DNA of 62,999 nt, filler included, from Intoshia linei (GCA_001642005.1; 5 parts of 5 records of this genome joined end to end with filler, not necessarily neighbours in it), one strand, 5' to 3'; positions 24,401-36,992 are shown, numbered from the whole stretch's first letter. The notes: generated by a model from the letters alone, not told the origin. Program-made: numbers and translations.

Positions 24401-26524
24401 AGCATATAATTGATGAACATATTCATTGTCAGTTTTTATAATAGTATTTACAATTCGAGAATCCTTAAGTAACCTTAAATAATTTTTATCATATATTTGG
24501 TTCTCCAAAGATATTTTTCCAAAATTTTTAAAGGGTATTTGATATTTTTTAGAATTGACGTCATTCTTTTCTAAACAAAAAAATTTATGCAAATTATTAT
24601 AAATTATTTATTATTGATATACCTTCATTAAACATTTTTTCCTTCATTTCTTTTCTTAAACCGAAAGGTTGTCTATAAAACGTTGCTGCATTGTTATCAG
24701 AATATGGATCAGTGCTCAATTCCCTTTTAAAAAGTTTAAATTTTAATTAAAAAATATAATATTTTTTGAGGTTTCCGTTTCGATAATGCTTATGATTTTA
24801 AATCAATTCCTAAAAATAAATTTGCGATAAAACATCACTCTAAAAAAACTGAAATAGAAATATAAAATTTTTAAACTCAACTCCACTTACTTTCTTAAAT
24901 AAAGTGGAACATACGGTAATAAAAATAAAAAAATTAATAAACAGACCTACATTTTTATCTAAATCCTTATTTATATTATATACTACGCGATTTTTTTTTG
25001 TGTGTGTTTCACTTTATTTAAATAACTATCCGTCTTAAAATTTAATAAAGTTTCACGTTTTAATTACAGTTTTTTCCGGGGGTGTTCGCAAACATAATTT
25101 CAACCTCCTAAACTCACATCTTACGGTTCAAACACCCAAATTCTCCTTTTTTTTTAAAATGAAACGAGTTGGATCATTTAAAAAAATATATACTAAAGAA
25201 AACTGATACGGATTTTAAAATCATAAATATTATCATTAATTTAAATTTAAAAAAATTATATCTTCAAAGCCAAAACAACAAATTACCCTTTTTTTAATAA
25301 TGAAAACAGCCCTAGAATTTCAAAAAATTTAAAGGTGGTACAGTTGTATCCTGTTAGCACACATAAAAAATTTAAATCCGAATAAGTGACGACTTCACGG
25401 TCTAAAAAGACCATTAAAACAAAAAATATGAAATAATTAACCATCCAAAAATTTAAAAAAAAAAATTATTCTAATAGAGCTTATTCCAGTTGATATAAAT
25501 ATAAAAGTTTAATCGGAGAAATCTACCCATTCCCAATGAAAAATAATTTTTAATATATTATGAACCAATATTTTTTAAATATTTCGATTAAAATAAAAAT
25601 TAAAAATGTAAATATTAATTTTACAATTTCAAAAAAAAATGTGCCCTCGGCAGAGCTAGGTTCTGTTTGTACGTAGTACATAATAGTCAACCTAGTTACT
25701 TTATATAATTAAGAATACACAAATTTAATCAAAATTATAAAATCTTCATATTTTAGACATAAATAGTATTAAATACACATTATAGACCCTTATTTAAAAA
25801 CACTGATATAGTATTAATATTACACAGTGTCGTTTGAATATTTTACTGGTAGCATAGAAACCTTTCTACGTAATTCAATTTTTTCATCTAGATCTGTTTC
25901 TGATATTAATTCAAAATCAGTTTCTCTTTTACATTTTTCGCCGTGAAATGATTGTAGTGCATTAAAAAATCGTTTTTGTTCATTAGATAAATCGACAACG
26001 CATTTATTGACAATCCATTTAGCGGTACGTTTACTAAGCATTGTCAAAAGACGTTCATCCCAATCTTCACAATGTTCATTTATGTCTACAAATTCCATGC
26101 AATCATTCATGGCATTTCTTGCATTATCACTTTTAGTGGTACTAGTCAAATCTTCAATATAATTCAATTTGTCGTATTTTTCTATTTTAACCTTTTTTCT
26201 ATCTTTTATAATAGGTTTGGGTTTTTTCGACTTTAAATAGCATGATACGTTTTGTATGTTTTTTGATATACACTGAGTGTGGAATTTTAACCCTTTCACG
26301 TTTCCTATACAACCTCTATCCATAATTTTTAATCCTTTTTTTCGTGTTGCCCCAAATAACTTGTCAATTGAAAAATCGTTCTTTAATGTCATTTTTTCAA
26401 TGTTCTTCACAATTACATTTTCGACCAATTTGTTAGTTTTTTGTAAGGTGTGTTTGTTCAAAACTGCTCGCGTGAAACGTATTTTTTTAGCCAATTCAGA
26501 TACGTAATTGTCCGTTTTTGTCAT
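18448..26524 (-). CDS. HEATR4: HEAT repeat-containing protein 4-like, multi-exon
   Basis: N-terminal DWDERLLTMLSKRTAKWIV; C-terminal HEAT repeats HLNSISWRYRVISCQLL..LMWRDPHAEVRRSAGQALG, FLSCFDDKYVSVRREAC, HDPIWEVKSKALRAIGKIG, VRWALRYE; stop TGA at 18448-18450. Confidence 0.8.
19299..20035 (-). mobile_element. Helitron family A, both termini (HEATR4 intron)
   Basis: A|TCCTTAC 5' end at 20035; hairpin plus CTAA|T (CTRR) 3' end at 19299. Confidence 0.8.
20400..21382 (-). mobile_element. Helitron family A, 5' part with several ~130-bp subunits, no 3' terminus
   Basis: A|TCCTTTACTTA at 21382; repeated subunit GATAATGCTTATGATTTTAAAA...AAAGGGTAATTTGxGGTTTTGAxxTGAAG. Confidence 0.75.
23600..24160. 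repeat. Tandem array (three ~120-150 bp units) related to foldback family C
   Basis: TGTTGCTCATAAAA..AAAAATATTGGAAAAAAGG..TTAAGGATTCGTAAAATTAGATTTT repeats near 23601, 23751 and 23868. Confidence 0.75.
24964..25695 (+). mobile_element. Helitron family A, full-length non-autonomous copy (732 bp)
   Basis: A|TCCTTATTTATATTATA, then a (TG)n tract, ending GTGCCCTCGGCAGAGCTAGGTTCTGTTTGTACGTAGTACATAATAGTCAACCTAG|T. TC...CTAG ends, subterminal hairpin, AT target, no TSD. Confidence 0.85.
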
Positions 26525-27465
26525 TATTTTTTATATATTATTACTTGTATTATTTGACTTGTTTAGATTTGCTTAGATATTTAAATATGGGATATTCCTG
26601 TCGTATATTCCAATACTATATACAATATAATTCATGTTGGTAGATTTCCTGATCTTGCGTACCAGAATTGATTTGCAAATTAAACAAAATTCGGCAAAGT
26701 TAAAATGTTTAAAAAATTCCTTACTTACGAATTTATGATTTAATATTTCTATACTTAAATGCAACTAAAACTGTAGTGATTTCTGAAACAAATTCTCCGG
26801 CTATTTTTTCAAGTAATTCAAATCCAAAAAATTTGAGTCAAAAACGCATTTTTTTAATTATAACCAATAATTTCATATTTTAATTGCTCTAAAGCCATTT
26901 TTTATCATTTTTAAGTCCGATTTTAACAAAAGCAAATGTATGTTAATGTTTTTATCAATGTAAGATGTTATCTAACATTTGAAAAAATTTCTTATAGTAA
27001 ATAAATTATTAACGAGATAACGTGTGGCTAAATAATTGACTGCTGAAAACAATAAATTAAATTAAAATTGTTTAGACTCGACTTTAAAAAAAATACAGAC
27101 AACAAAATAATCTTTTCAAAAAAATATTTTAGCATCAGAAAATTTATAAAATATAAAAAATTAAATAAAATTGTTAGTTTCGTATTAATTATAAATTTAG
27201 ATTAATGTAATAAAACACAACATAAATTAATCTATTCGATAATTATAATGAAATTATGAACAGCTGATCATCAGCTGTAAAAATTATAAAATAAATTGTT
27301 AAATTTTAAAGTAAAATACAATTGATAATGAAATAGTAATTTAGATATCAAATTAAAATGGTACACACAAATATTGCCCCATAGTTAACACTACACAATA
27401 ACATTTTATGATAGTCATAATTTATGATATAATAATAAAAATAATAGACTCAAATAGAAACACTA

Positions 27466-27565
27466 AGAATATTCTAGAAAAATCTTGAGATCGTTGAGCG
27501 TTAATAGGAGTTTTCTAGAATATTCTAAAGTTAATATAAATAAACATTTATGTGACATTTCATTT
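27466..27565 (+). promoter_or_regulatory. Candidate heat-shock promoter: two perfect HSE trimers, TATA box, Inr
   Basis: aGAAtaTTCtaGAAa (27466-27480), tTTCtaGAAtaTTCt (27512-27526), TATAAA at 27535, TCATTT at 27560. Confidence 0.5.
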
Positions 27566-27610
27566 ATCGTTTATTTTTGTGCATACAGTTTTATTTTGAA
27601 AATTGAAAAT

Positions 27611-27710
27611 NNNNNNNNNNNNNNNNNNNNNNNNNNNNNNNNNNNNNNNNNNNNTTAATTAATTAANNNNNNNNNNNNNNNNNNNNNNNNNNNNNNNNNN
27701 NNNNNNNNNN
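27611..27710. other. Assembly gap linker N44-TTAATTAATTAA-N44
   Basis: Identical 100-bp six-frame-stop spacer occurs four times in the window. Confidence 0.97.
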
Positions 27711-27753
27711 ATATATATATATAAATTTATTATATAAATAAAAATAAGTGTAG

Positions 27754-30700
27754 GGTTATTTGGCTCTAGATCAATACTATTCTAAAAACATTCTATACAG
27801 AAAGCAGTACTTTTATATATCAAGTTTGTGTGCATATCCAACAGATTGTAAAATTTATATATACAGCAGTGATTTCAGACTTTTGCAACACCATAATTCC
27901 TAGTTATAATACATTATGTATTAGGGTGGTTTCAAAAAAAAATTTTAAAAAGTACTTTTAAATGTATTAATTAGACATGGCTGTTATAGACTGTATTATA
28001 TTTGTTAAAAATTTTTAATTTGTAATCACTGATATAATATATTGTAATTAGGATTGGCAAACGATAAAATTTTATTGATAAACATAATTATTATAATTAT
28101 AATTTTACACAGGGATTGGAAATAATTGATTGCAATCAATTATCTTGTATAAACTAATTGTTTGCTATAATATAGCAAATTAATATATTATATTAATTTT
28201 TCAATTGGTTTTTTTCATATAACTGAAAAAATATAAATTGAATCCTTTTTTGACGAATGACTAGATGGAAAAATTCATTAAAATTTATTTTATGTAGTTC
28301 TATAATTAAATGTAATCATTACACAATACACTATAATTTATAATAATTATTATAGTGTATAATATATATAGTGTATATTATACATATAACATATAGTATA
28401 TTATAATGTGAAAAACTTACATTTATATTTTAGTTTAATTTTGGGTTTTATAAATTTTTTTTAAACCAAACTTCCAAGAGGGGTTTTTAATATTTTTTTT
28501 TGAACCAAACTTTCAAGGGGGTTTTAGGAAATTGTTTTTGAACCAAACTTTCAAAAGGGGTTTTTTGAACTGTATTATATATATTAATAGTGTATTGTAT
28601 TATAATACAATATTAAGATGTTAAGTTGACACTGTCAACACTCGTTGTAGCGTATCACAGTCTCATCATGCTTTATTTATTTCGAGAAACAATTGTATTT
28701 CCAAATGCGATGGAAGAAATATAATAAATAATATGAAAATATATTCTAAATGCTATTTTGCAAATAAAATAGTTTCATATTGTATAATAAAATATTAACA
28801 ACTTTTTATTAATCTATTCAATTTTCGAAAAATAGAAACGCGTTTATCATCAGAAAAATGATTTATTTAACCTACTAGCTTGACTGTTATGTACTTCGAA
28901 CATACAACACCCTAATATATTGATTATAACCACCATGACCAGTTTTTTAAAAATAATTATGATATTGTTATCAATCTTCAATTAGTAAATTTGAACCGAT
29001 TAAAAAATGTCCAAATTGTTTGTTTTTAAGATAGCATTTAAATAAAAATAGCAACCTGAATAATCAATCCATTTATCACTGATATAACTCAAGCTGCAAT
29101 GAAATATCAAGAAGAATTATTATAATTAAAATATGATGAAACATGTTTTGTATTTTTCATGGAAGGTGGATGCAAACAAATGTGGCAAAGATGTTTAATG
29201 TCAAATTTTGATATATAAAATGTGGAATAAAATATAATTGTTATTTTTAGCGTTCCCTTTAACATACCCTGTAGAATCTGCTTTTAGTTTAAATGTAAAT
29301 ATACTGACTACGAAGAGAAACCGATTAAACATTGTTAATCGAGGTTAACTGTGATTAACTGTGTAAATCAATTTATGAAATACATTTTAACTTTAATTTT
29401 TATTGAAAACCTCCAATGTTCCCAAATGGAACGTGTGGTAACATCGGACTCGGACTCCAATAAGTAAATTTTTTTGTGGTTGATTTAGGGGTAATCTCAC
29501 AATATACTAAGATCAGTGGTTTTCAACGGTGGGCGAATTTGATTTTTTAAATCATTTTAAAATATTTTTTTATAGGTGTCTACTTTAATTCAACCTTTTT
29601 TACTAAAAAGTGAAAATTCCACTTTTACCTACCTTTTAGGAAAAAATCCATTTTTATCAACCCTTAAGGGATTAATCCACTTTTACAAACCCTAAAGCGT
29701 AAAATCCAACTTTACCAAACCTAAAAGGTTAACACCTTAACTGTATTTTCACTTTTAGAGTTGGTAAGACTGAATTTTTCCGTTTAGGATTTTGAAGAAC
29801 TGGCTTTTTCGTTTTAGGGTTGGTAAAACTAGATTTTTATTCTTCAGGCTTGATAAAACTGGATTTTTAGTAAGAATGGTTGGTTTTTAGTAAAAATGGT
29901 TAGATTTAAGTAAAAATGATTGGGTTCAAGAATATTCTCTTTTTTTATTAATTACATAACTAATCTCTAAAAAGATAAAAACAGTTATAAATTATAAATT
30001 TGTCATAATCTTAACATTAATACAATTTTCCATTGATATCAAAGATTAAGTCTAAACAAGGAAATTTTAATTTATTTTTCTGAAAAGTAATTTATTAAAT
30101 AATTCAATTTTTTTATTAATAAATTGCCAACCCTAATTATAATAATTTTCTTAAATTATGATTCATATATAATTATATATATTAATTAATTATAATAGGT
30201 GAACAAAGTGATTGTCAGCAAAAAACGGTGGTAAATTATTTATTTATTATTGTTTATTATTTATTTTAATATAATTCATAATTATCATATGATCAGTGGT
30301 TCTTAAACTCTGTACGAACAAATATGAATACTTCCAAATTTTCGCGAATCCTGATTGGGAAACACTGTTATAGATACTTATTTTAACATTTATTGAAACT
30401 AGTTGGATGTAATTGTGGAAAATGAAGATTTGGATCTGATTTTACATCCCGTGATAAGCAAACTAATTGATATTAAATGGAAAATATTTGGATTGTAAAC
30501 ATAAACACTGTAATAAAAACTAATTTACACGTAGCAAGCACGCTACGAAAATGTTATCATTAAATTTAATTTTCGCCATTTTGTGGACAATTGACCCAGT
30601 CATAACTGGGATGCACCGTAGGCACCTCTACAAATTTCCAATAGATATTTGGAGAATTTTCACATTTGTAATTTTAATTAAAAAATAAAATTTTATAAAC

Positions 30701-32107
30701 TGATTCATAGTGTGGTGGCGTCATTAGCGTTGTAATTATTATTGTACTGGAAATCAAATCTATTAAGCTGAGTTTAAATCGACGAAAAGTATTTTTGCAA
30801 AGTTATTTTTAACATCGTCAATTTTAGAATTGGAGAAAGTGGCGATTGAGTGAAATGAATAGAGATTTAATTTATTGCCATCCAAAATATTTGGATGAAG
30901 AACTTTTTATCAAGCATAAAATATCTGAATTGAAGAACATGGCAAACATGTATTTAAAAGATCCATGGTATAACTACAAATAATAAAATAAAAAAAAATA
31001 TATTTAATTTTTTTAGTAATTTTAATAGGAATATTCTTGACTGGAGTGTAATAGTTATGATTATCGTGTGTTCAATTTCTCATATGGTAGATGTAGTACA
31101 CCATTCGATTTCAATTGGTAAAAATAAACTATATAACATTATAGTGTATCATGGTCGAAGGGTTTTTAGTATAATTAATTTTAGCAAGATTCAATCTTCG
31201 ATTTACATCCATTACTATTATTATGCTTTGGGTTAGACTCATGAAATACGTTAAGCCATACACCGTCATAGGTAATTTTGAATGAATTAACATTTATAAT
31301 ATTTACGATATCCTAAATATTAATTTAGGTCCATTCGTAGTCATGCTAACCTTGTTACTCAAAGACATTTTAAAATTTTTCTATTTATATATGCAATTTT
31401 ACATACCGTACGGTAAGATTCAAGAGTTAAGATAATTATGTCTATTATTTGAAATAGCCTGTGCATTCTGGATGTTATTTGGAGGATCAAAAGTTTACGA
31501 AAAATATATTTATATTCAACCAAACACCCCCGATCAAATAACACAAATACCTGGATGGGAAACTCCAGGCATAGCCTTGTAATTATAATGCACAATTGAG
31601 TAATATATTAATTGATAGATGGACGTTATTCCGAATAACATTAGTCGATGAATATAGTTTTGAAGTTTTACGTTTATTTCATTATTTTATATTAAAATAG
31701 GATTTGGCTAGTTTGGATTCCGTAATGGCCCTCCTAATGATTTTTACGTGGATTATGATTTCTGGAGTACTAATTCTCAACTTGTTTATTGCATTAATGT
31801 CTGATTCGTTTCAAAGAATTCACGATAATGCTCATGCTGTAGCAAAAATGCAACAAGCAATTTTACTTAGTGACATTGAAAATAATTTTCAAAATGACAG
31901 AGAAAAACTAGAATATTCCAATATTATGAAGACCGAATATAGCGATATTTCAACCACTTATAATGAAGAAGAAATTGACATTCAAAAAGAAATGCGAGAT
32001 AGTATTTTGCAATTACAGGTATCAACTTTATATTTAAGTCTCATTTTTATTTTTAGTATGAATTGAGCGATTTAACAAAATTTGTAAAAGAGCATATAAA
32101 AACCTAA
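27754..32107 (+). CDS. TRP cation channel, TRPV-like (5'-partial, many exons)
   Basis: LALDQYY..RKQYFY; DLILHPVISKLIDIKWKIFG; YLKDPWNILDW; WVRLMKY..IGPFVVML..LKDILKFLFIY; TLFRITLVDEY (pore); LNLFIALMSDSFQRIHDNA (S6 and TRP helix). Confidence 0.85.
28450..28570. repeat. Minisatellite, three ~40-bp units
   Basis: TTTTGAACCAAACTTTCAAGGGGGTTTT repeated three times. Confidence 0.75.
29575..29940. mobile_element. Foldback-type element (family C) with inverted arrays of ~30-bp subrepeats
   Basis: Left arm repeats AAAATCCACTTTTACxAACCCTAAAG; right arm repeats its reverse complement. The left end GGTGTCTACTT recurs at about 33743. Confidence 0.65.
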
Positions 32108-32137
32108 TAAATTATAAATAGATTCTAGACTCTAGAC

Positions 32138-32476
32138 CAAGGGTGTCAATTATGCAGCCCCCAATTATGGAATGTACGCCCCGCGTTATAATATAAATTT
32201 TAATTTTTTATAACAATTTTTTACACATATTTCTTATTTTCCAGTTTTTTCATATATTTTTCAGGGTTTATTTATCATTATTACAATTTTAACATTATTT
32301 GTACACTTACTCCATTTTTATTGTTTCATATTTTATTTTATGAATTAAAATTATTATAAATTAATTAAATCTGTTTGTTTTAACATAATTTTTTGAATAA
32401 AGATTTTTTTTGTGCTGCCCGCGTAATAATTTTTTTCACATTTGGCCCGCCAAGCAAATTGAGTCTGATACCCCTG
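32138..32476. mobile_element. hAT-Charlie-type MITE with perfect 8-bp TSD
   Basis: CTCTAGAC|CAAGGGTGTCAA ... CTGATACCCCTG|CTCTAGAC. Confidence 0.88.
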
Positions 32477-32544
32477 CTCTAGACTTAAAAATACCAATTA
32501 TGTATCAATAATTAATGGAATCTTCACTTTATAAACATATTTCA

Positions 32545-33460
32545 GGCGAATTTTACCAATACTGCAAAGGATTGTAATTAATATAAAAATGATAATAACA
32601 AAGTTGCATTACTTTTAGTTTCGTTCTGTAGTTTAAATTTGAAACAAAATGTTTTGAGAATGGGAATTTGAAATTTAAAAATTGCGTAGCAATGAAAAGA
32701 ATTCTGAAGGAATGAATTATATAGATTTTCACTTATGTCTTAATTGGAAATGTGTAGACATTCAATGCTCATTATTTTTGAAACTGTAGGATCAATATTT
32801 TTATTTTAATCAAAATACATGTACAAATATATGTATTTGAAAAATATTAGTTAATAATATATTAAAAATTATTTTTCACCAGAAATGCGTAGATTTCTGG
32901 GATTGAAATTTTGTATTAATATAAACTGGAATAAGCTCTATCAAAATAATGTTTTTTTTTAATTTTCGGACCGTTAATTATTTCACATTTTTTGTATAAA
33001 ATATTTGGGAAAAAAATATATGAATACTAAAATGCTTTTTTGACCGTGAAGTCATCTCTTATTCGGACTGAAATTTTTTATGTGTATTAACAGGATACAA
33101 CTATACCACTTGTAAATTTGTTTAAATTCTAGGACTGTTTTCATAATAAAAAAAAGTAATTTGGCCCTAAGGACATAATTTTTTTAAATTTAAATTTATG
33201 ATAATGTTTATGATCTTAAAATCCGTAACAGCGTATATATTTTTTAAATTCTCCAACTTGTTTGATTTTCAAAAAAAAAATAATTGGGGTTTTTGACTAG
33301 TAAAATGTGAATTTGAGAGGTTGAAATTTAACTTATTATCACCCCGGAAAATACTGTAATTGAAATGTGCACTTTATAAAATTTTAAGACTGGTAGTTAT
33401 TGAAATAAAGTGGAACACACACACAAAAAAATATTGCTTAGGATATTAGATAAGTAAGGA
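32545..33460 (-). mobile_element. Helitron family A, 5' part
   Basis: A|TCCTTACTTATC at 33460; body matches the other copies. Confidence 0.78.
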
Positions 33461-33889
33461 TAGAAACTAATTTAGAATCTTGACGTGCCACATTTTTTAA
33501 TTTATTGTTGGAAAATTTATGAAACAAAAATGTAAATAAAAACAAAAAATTTTGGAATTATTAAAAATATTCGGCGGGTAAACGATTGAGAATCACTATT
33601 CTAGAATCTAGACTCAATGTTTTCAACTGCATATAAACAGTAAATAGGTCTGTCAAGATCAATCTTTCCATCTATTTTTTTAAATCTTAGATTCATTTTA
33701 AATGCACAATAATATTGAATAAAATTGATTATGATATTTAATGGGTGTCTACTTAAATACCACAATTTTTACTAAAAATCAATACCAACTATTTTCGCAA
33801 AATTCCTGTTTTACCAAATCTTAATGGAAAAATTCAGTCTTACCAACCCTAAAATGAAAAAATCAGTATTACCGTTGTGGTTGCACAAC

Positions 33890-34323
33890 ATTTTCTGGTG
33901 GAATTATTAAATGTAAATATCAAATACCGATAAGTCTATATATGATAAATCTTGACAAACTTTATTTGGCATCATAGGTATTATGATATGGTTTACCGAA
34001 GAAGTTTTAAAAAACTATCCAATTTTAACTAATTTTGCTTTAATGGCTTTGTTGCTATTTCCACCTTTTTATTTATCAGAATGCGGGTTTAATGCTGTTT
34101 TAGACTTACAAAACTGTTTGTACTAACAAAAAAGAGAAGTAGATTCCAAATTTCAAAACGAAGAGATTAAAGTTTAAAGCTTACATTAATGTCTAATATT
34201 AAGAAAATCTGTAAGAATTTGGTCAACCATCTCATTAATTCTCACAAAAATTTTTTCAGTGGTGCCAAGGATATTTTTATGACTGAAAGTGGAGACTAGA
34301 ATAAAATAGGTTGGGATACACTG
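33890..34323 (+). mobile_element. hAT (Buster/SCAND3-like) transposase C-terminal remnant with right TIR
   Basis: WFTEEVLKNYPILTNFALMALLLFPPFYLSECGFNAVLDL and LTKKRSRFQI resemble the hAT dimerisation domain; ends AGGTTGGGATACACTG. Confidence 0.7.
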
Positions 34324-34699
34324 GTAGAACAAAACTTCAAAACAAATTGAATTTATGGTAACCATCCATTGAAAATCGCACTAATATTCAGAATATCTTA
34401 GTTTCAATATACCTTTAACTTTCTATCAGGTTAACAAATAAATAATTAAAATTTGCATAATGTACTGTGTAATAAATCCCAAAAATTTTCGCATAATATA
34501 TTGATTCCACATAATTTATCCAGATTAGAACATTGTTTATATCTATGAAAATATTTCATTTAACCTGGATCAACTTTTTGCCCACATGCAATATTCCATA
34601 TAACCGCGCAGTGTTAAAAAAAATAAATTTTCATTTATTATCAATGTTAGTTTATCATAAATATAAATAGAATTAGATAAATTTATTGATAGACATTAG

Positions 34700-36992
34700 C
34701 TATTTATCCTTTTTTGAAGTAGTTTTCTTGGGCTTTTTGGCAATTTGACTTTTCATCCTAAATATGAAATTAGATATATAGACGATTACTAATAATTTGT
34801 TGGTATACTACACGATTTCCCGAGGGTGTGTACTGAGGTATTAAATGACCAAGTTAGTTATAGGCAAGTTCTATTTAAAGATAGGCACATGATACACAAG
34901 GTTCCGTAAACCGACTAAAGGCTTAGCTGCGATGAGTCCATTAAGGCACACACAGTGGCGTAACTATTCAGAGCAGGATGTTTAATTGGTAAAAGAAGAG
35001 CTCTGAGATACCCTTACGCCACGTTACTAAGTTAAAATACAAGTTTTACGATAATAGTCTATTAGACGGTAATTCAAAGGTTAATTTGATAAGAAAATTC
35101 AACAAATATACAAAATAATTAAGAATGTATAATTTACCTAAAAAAAAAAAAATATGAATCCACAGTTGAACAAAACTATAAAATTAAATCCTGTTAACAC
35201 TTCAACTAGATAAATAATTTAATTTTTCTCTACAAAACCCGAAACCAACGATTACAGCAACATATTCTATTTTGCGATTGAATTAAATCATTCTTAGAGG
35301 ATACTTCCAATAAAAATTTATTCTCCAAATAATGAAAAGTATATTTGAATGAAATAATTAATGTATTTATGCAGCTTTTTATAATTCTTAAATTAAATTA
35401 ATAAACTTTTTAAATTCCCTGAGGCAGATTGATCTTTTAAATAATCATCTCAAATATACTGTTAGGACAATTCTAAAACGGATCGTCACTAACGGGGAAA
35501 GCCTTGATGTAAACCGAGGAAATACAGTGAGAACGGAATAATTATTTGTATACGTTAAAAATAAGTACACATTTTACTCAATTTACTTGACACATCAAAA
35601 TTTCTTTCAAATTTTAATTGTTTTTATGCCTCAAAAATGGTTCGTATCAAGTTCAATATAATATATAACAAACGTACTCAATTTAGATTCATAGATAATT
35701 CCGCAGTATACAATTAATACCGTTTCATTGTCACATTCGACATTTATAAATCAAAATACACAAAACAAATGTTTTGTCTAATAATCCTGTTCAATTCAAT
35801 GTATATATAATGACCAATAGAAACTTAAATGAGTTGATACCACATTCTCATCGGTGTGAGGTTCACATCATTCAACTAAAACGTTACCTATTAAAAATTG
35901 ATTTTGCCTTGTTCATTGCCACATCTATTATTTTACTTAATTTATCCTAAACACAGTAATAATTAAATTTAATAAAAAAAAACCATAAAGATTAAAAATT
36001 ATTATTTGTTAATTTTGAAATAACATTAAAAAATAAAAAAGTGGGATTTGAAAATCAATATATACCTTATAATTAGTGTAAAATACAGGAAGCACAAAAA
36101 CACTAGTAACAACTAAATAAAAATAAAATATAATATTTTTTAAAAATACCTAAAAATAACAAAGTCAAAGCATTGAACCAAGATCCAACATAACTCATTA
36201 TGTAACACAACAAAATATACTAAAAATTTATGTAAAATGGTAAAATAAAAAACCTTTAGTGTTTCAATCCAATGTTTAACAAAAATGATATCTCTCAATC
36301 GTAAGAAAATAGTTAAAATTAAATTTCTAAAGACGTCTTGATTTGCAAGTAAATAATTTTCAATATTTTTGAAATCGTATATTAATAGTCGTCTAAAATA
36401 AAAAAAAATGATTAAAAACATGAATTCAAAAATTACTCAAAACAATGAGCAGAATCCTCTTTTTTGTAAGCATGACTCAACGTTGTATAAACTCTACAAA
36501 AACAAGTGGTAAGTAAAAGGAATCCAAACAAATAAGACGTGATGCTAATGACTGAAAAGCTAGATAACGAAAGATACAAAATAATAGCAGATCCATATAC
36601 ACCCAAAGTAATTTTAAAATCTTTCCAGTGGATTAAATCGTCACCTTGAATAAAAATTAAATTATTAATAAATTTAAACAAACCACACTATCTATAAAAA
36701 ATTTTTATTAAAAATACACACTTTAAAAAAAAAAATTATTATCGGATATTTACAATAAAAATACTCACAAGTTGGTATGCACTTATAAAACTGAACGCAC
36801 ATTGAATCATTGAGTTCTTGGGTCTCTAAGTAAAAATGAAAGTAAGTTTTATAAAATGAATAATTTACCTACGGTGGATTCAATTTGATAATTAAGTTCA
36901 CAGGATAAATTCCGTCTTCTTATAGGTGTAGTTGACTTTTCATTATCACTGTTGGTGCTATCATATTTTTCCGCCATAGACAAATTATCCAT
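34700..36992 (-). CDS. Reticulon (RHD protein), multi-exon
   Basis: DLIHWKDFKITLGVYGSAIILYLSLSSFSVISITSY, LRDIIFVKHWIETLK, YIMSYVGSWFNALTLLFL, LPVFYTNYKDKL; Lys-rich ER-retention-like end SKKDK. Confidence 0.9.

Noticed and set aside
26277-26507. Antisense ORFs such as 26277+, 31359-, 40076+, 40156+, 41700+, 44714-, 46847-, 47622+, 47669+ and the alternative-frame ORF 55966+
   Set aside because: Shadows of real coding exons or of the transposase, with no independent motif support.
27260-27278. Palindrome ACAGCTGATCATCAGCTGT with two E-boxes
   Set aside because: Too short to distinguish a regulatory site from a TE footprint or chance.
27655-27666. TTAATTAATTAA palindrome repeated four times between N runs
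   Set aside because: Artificial six-frame-stop scaffolding linker. The ORFs running into it (52631, 57417) are artefacts.
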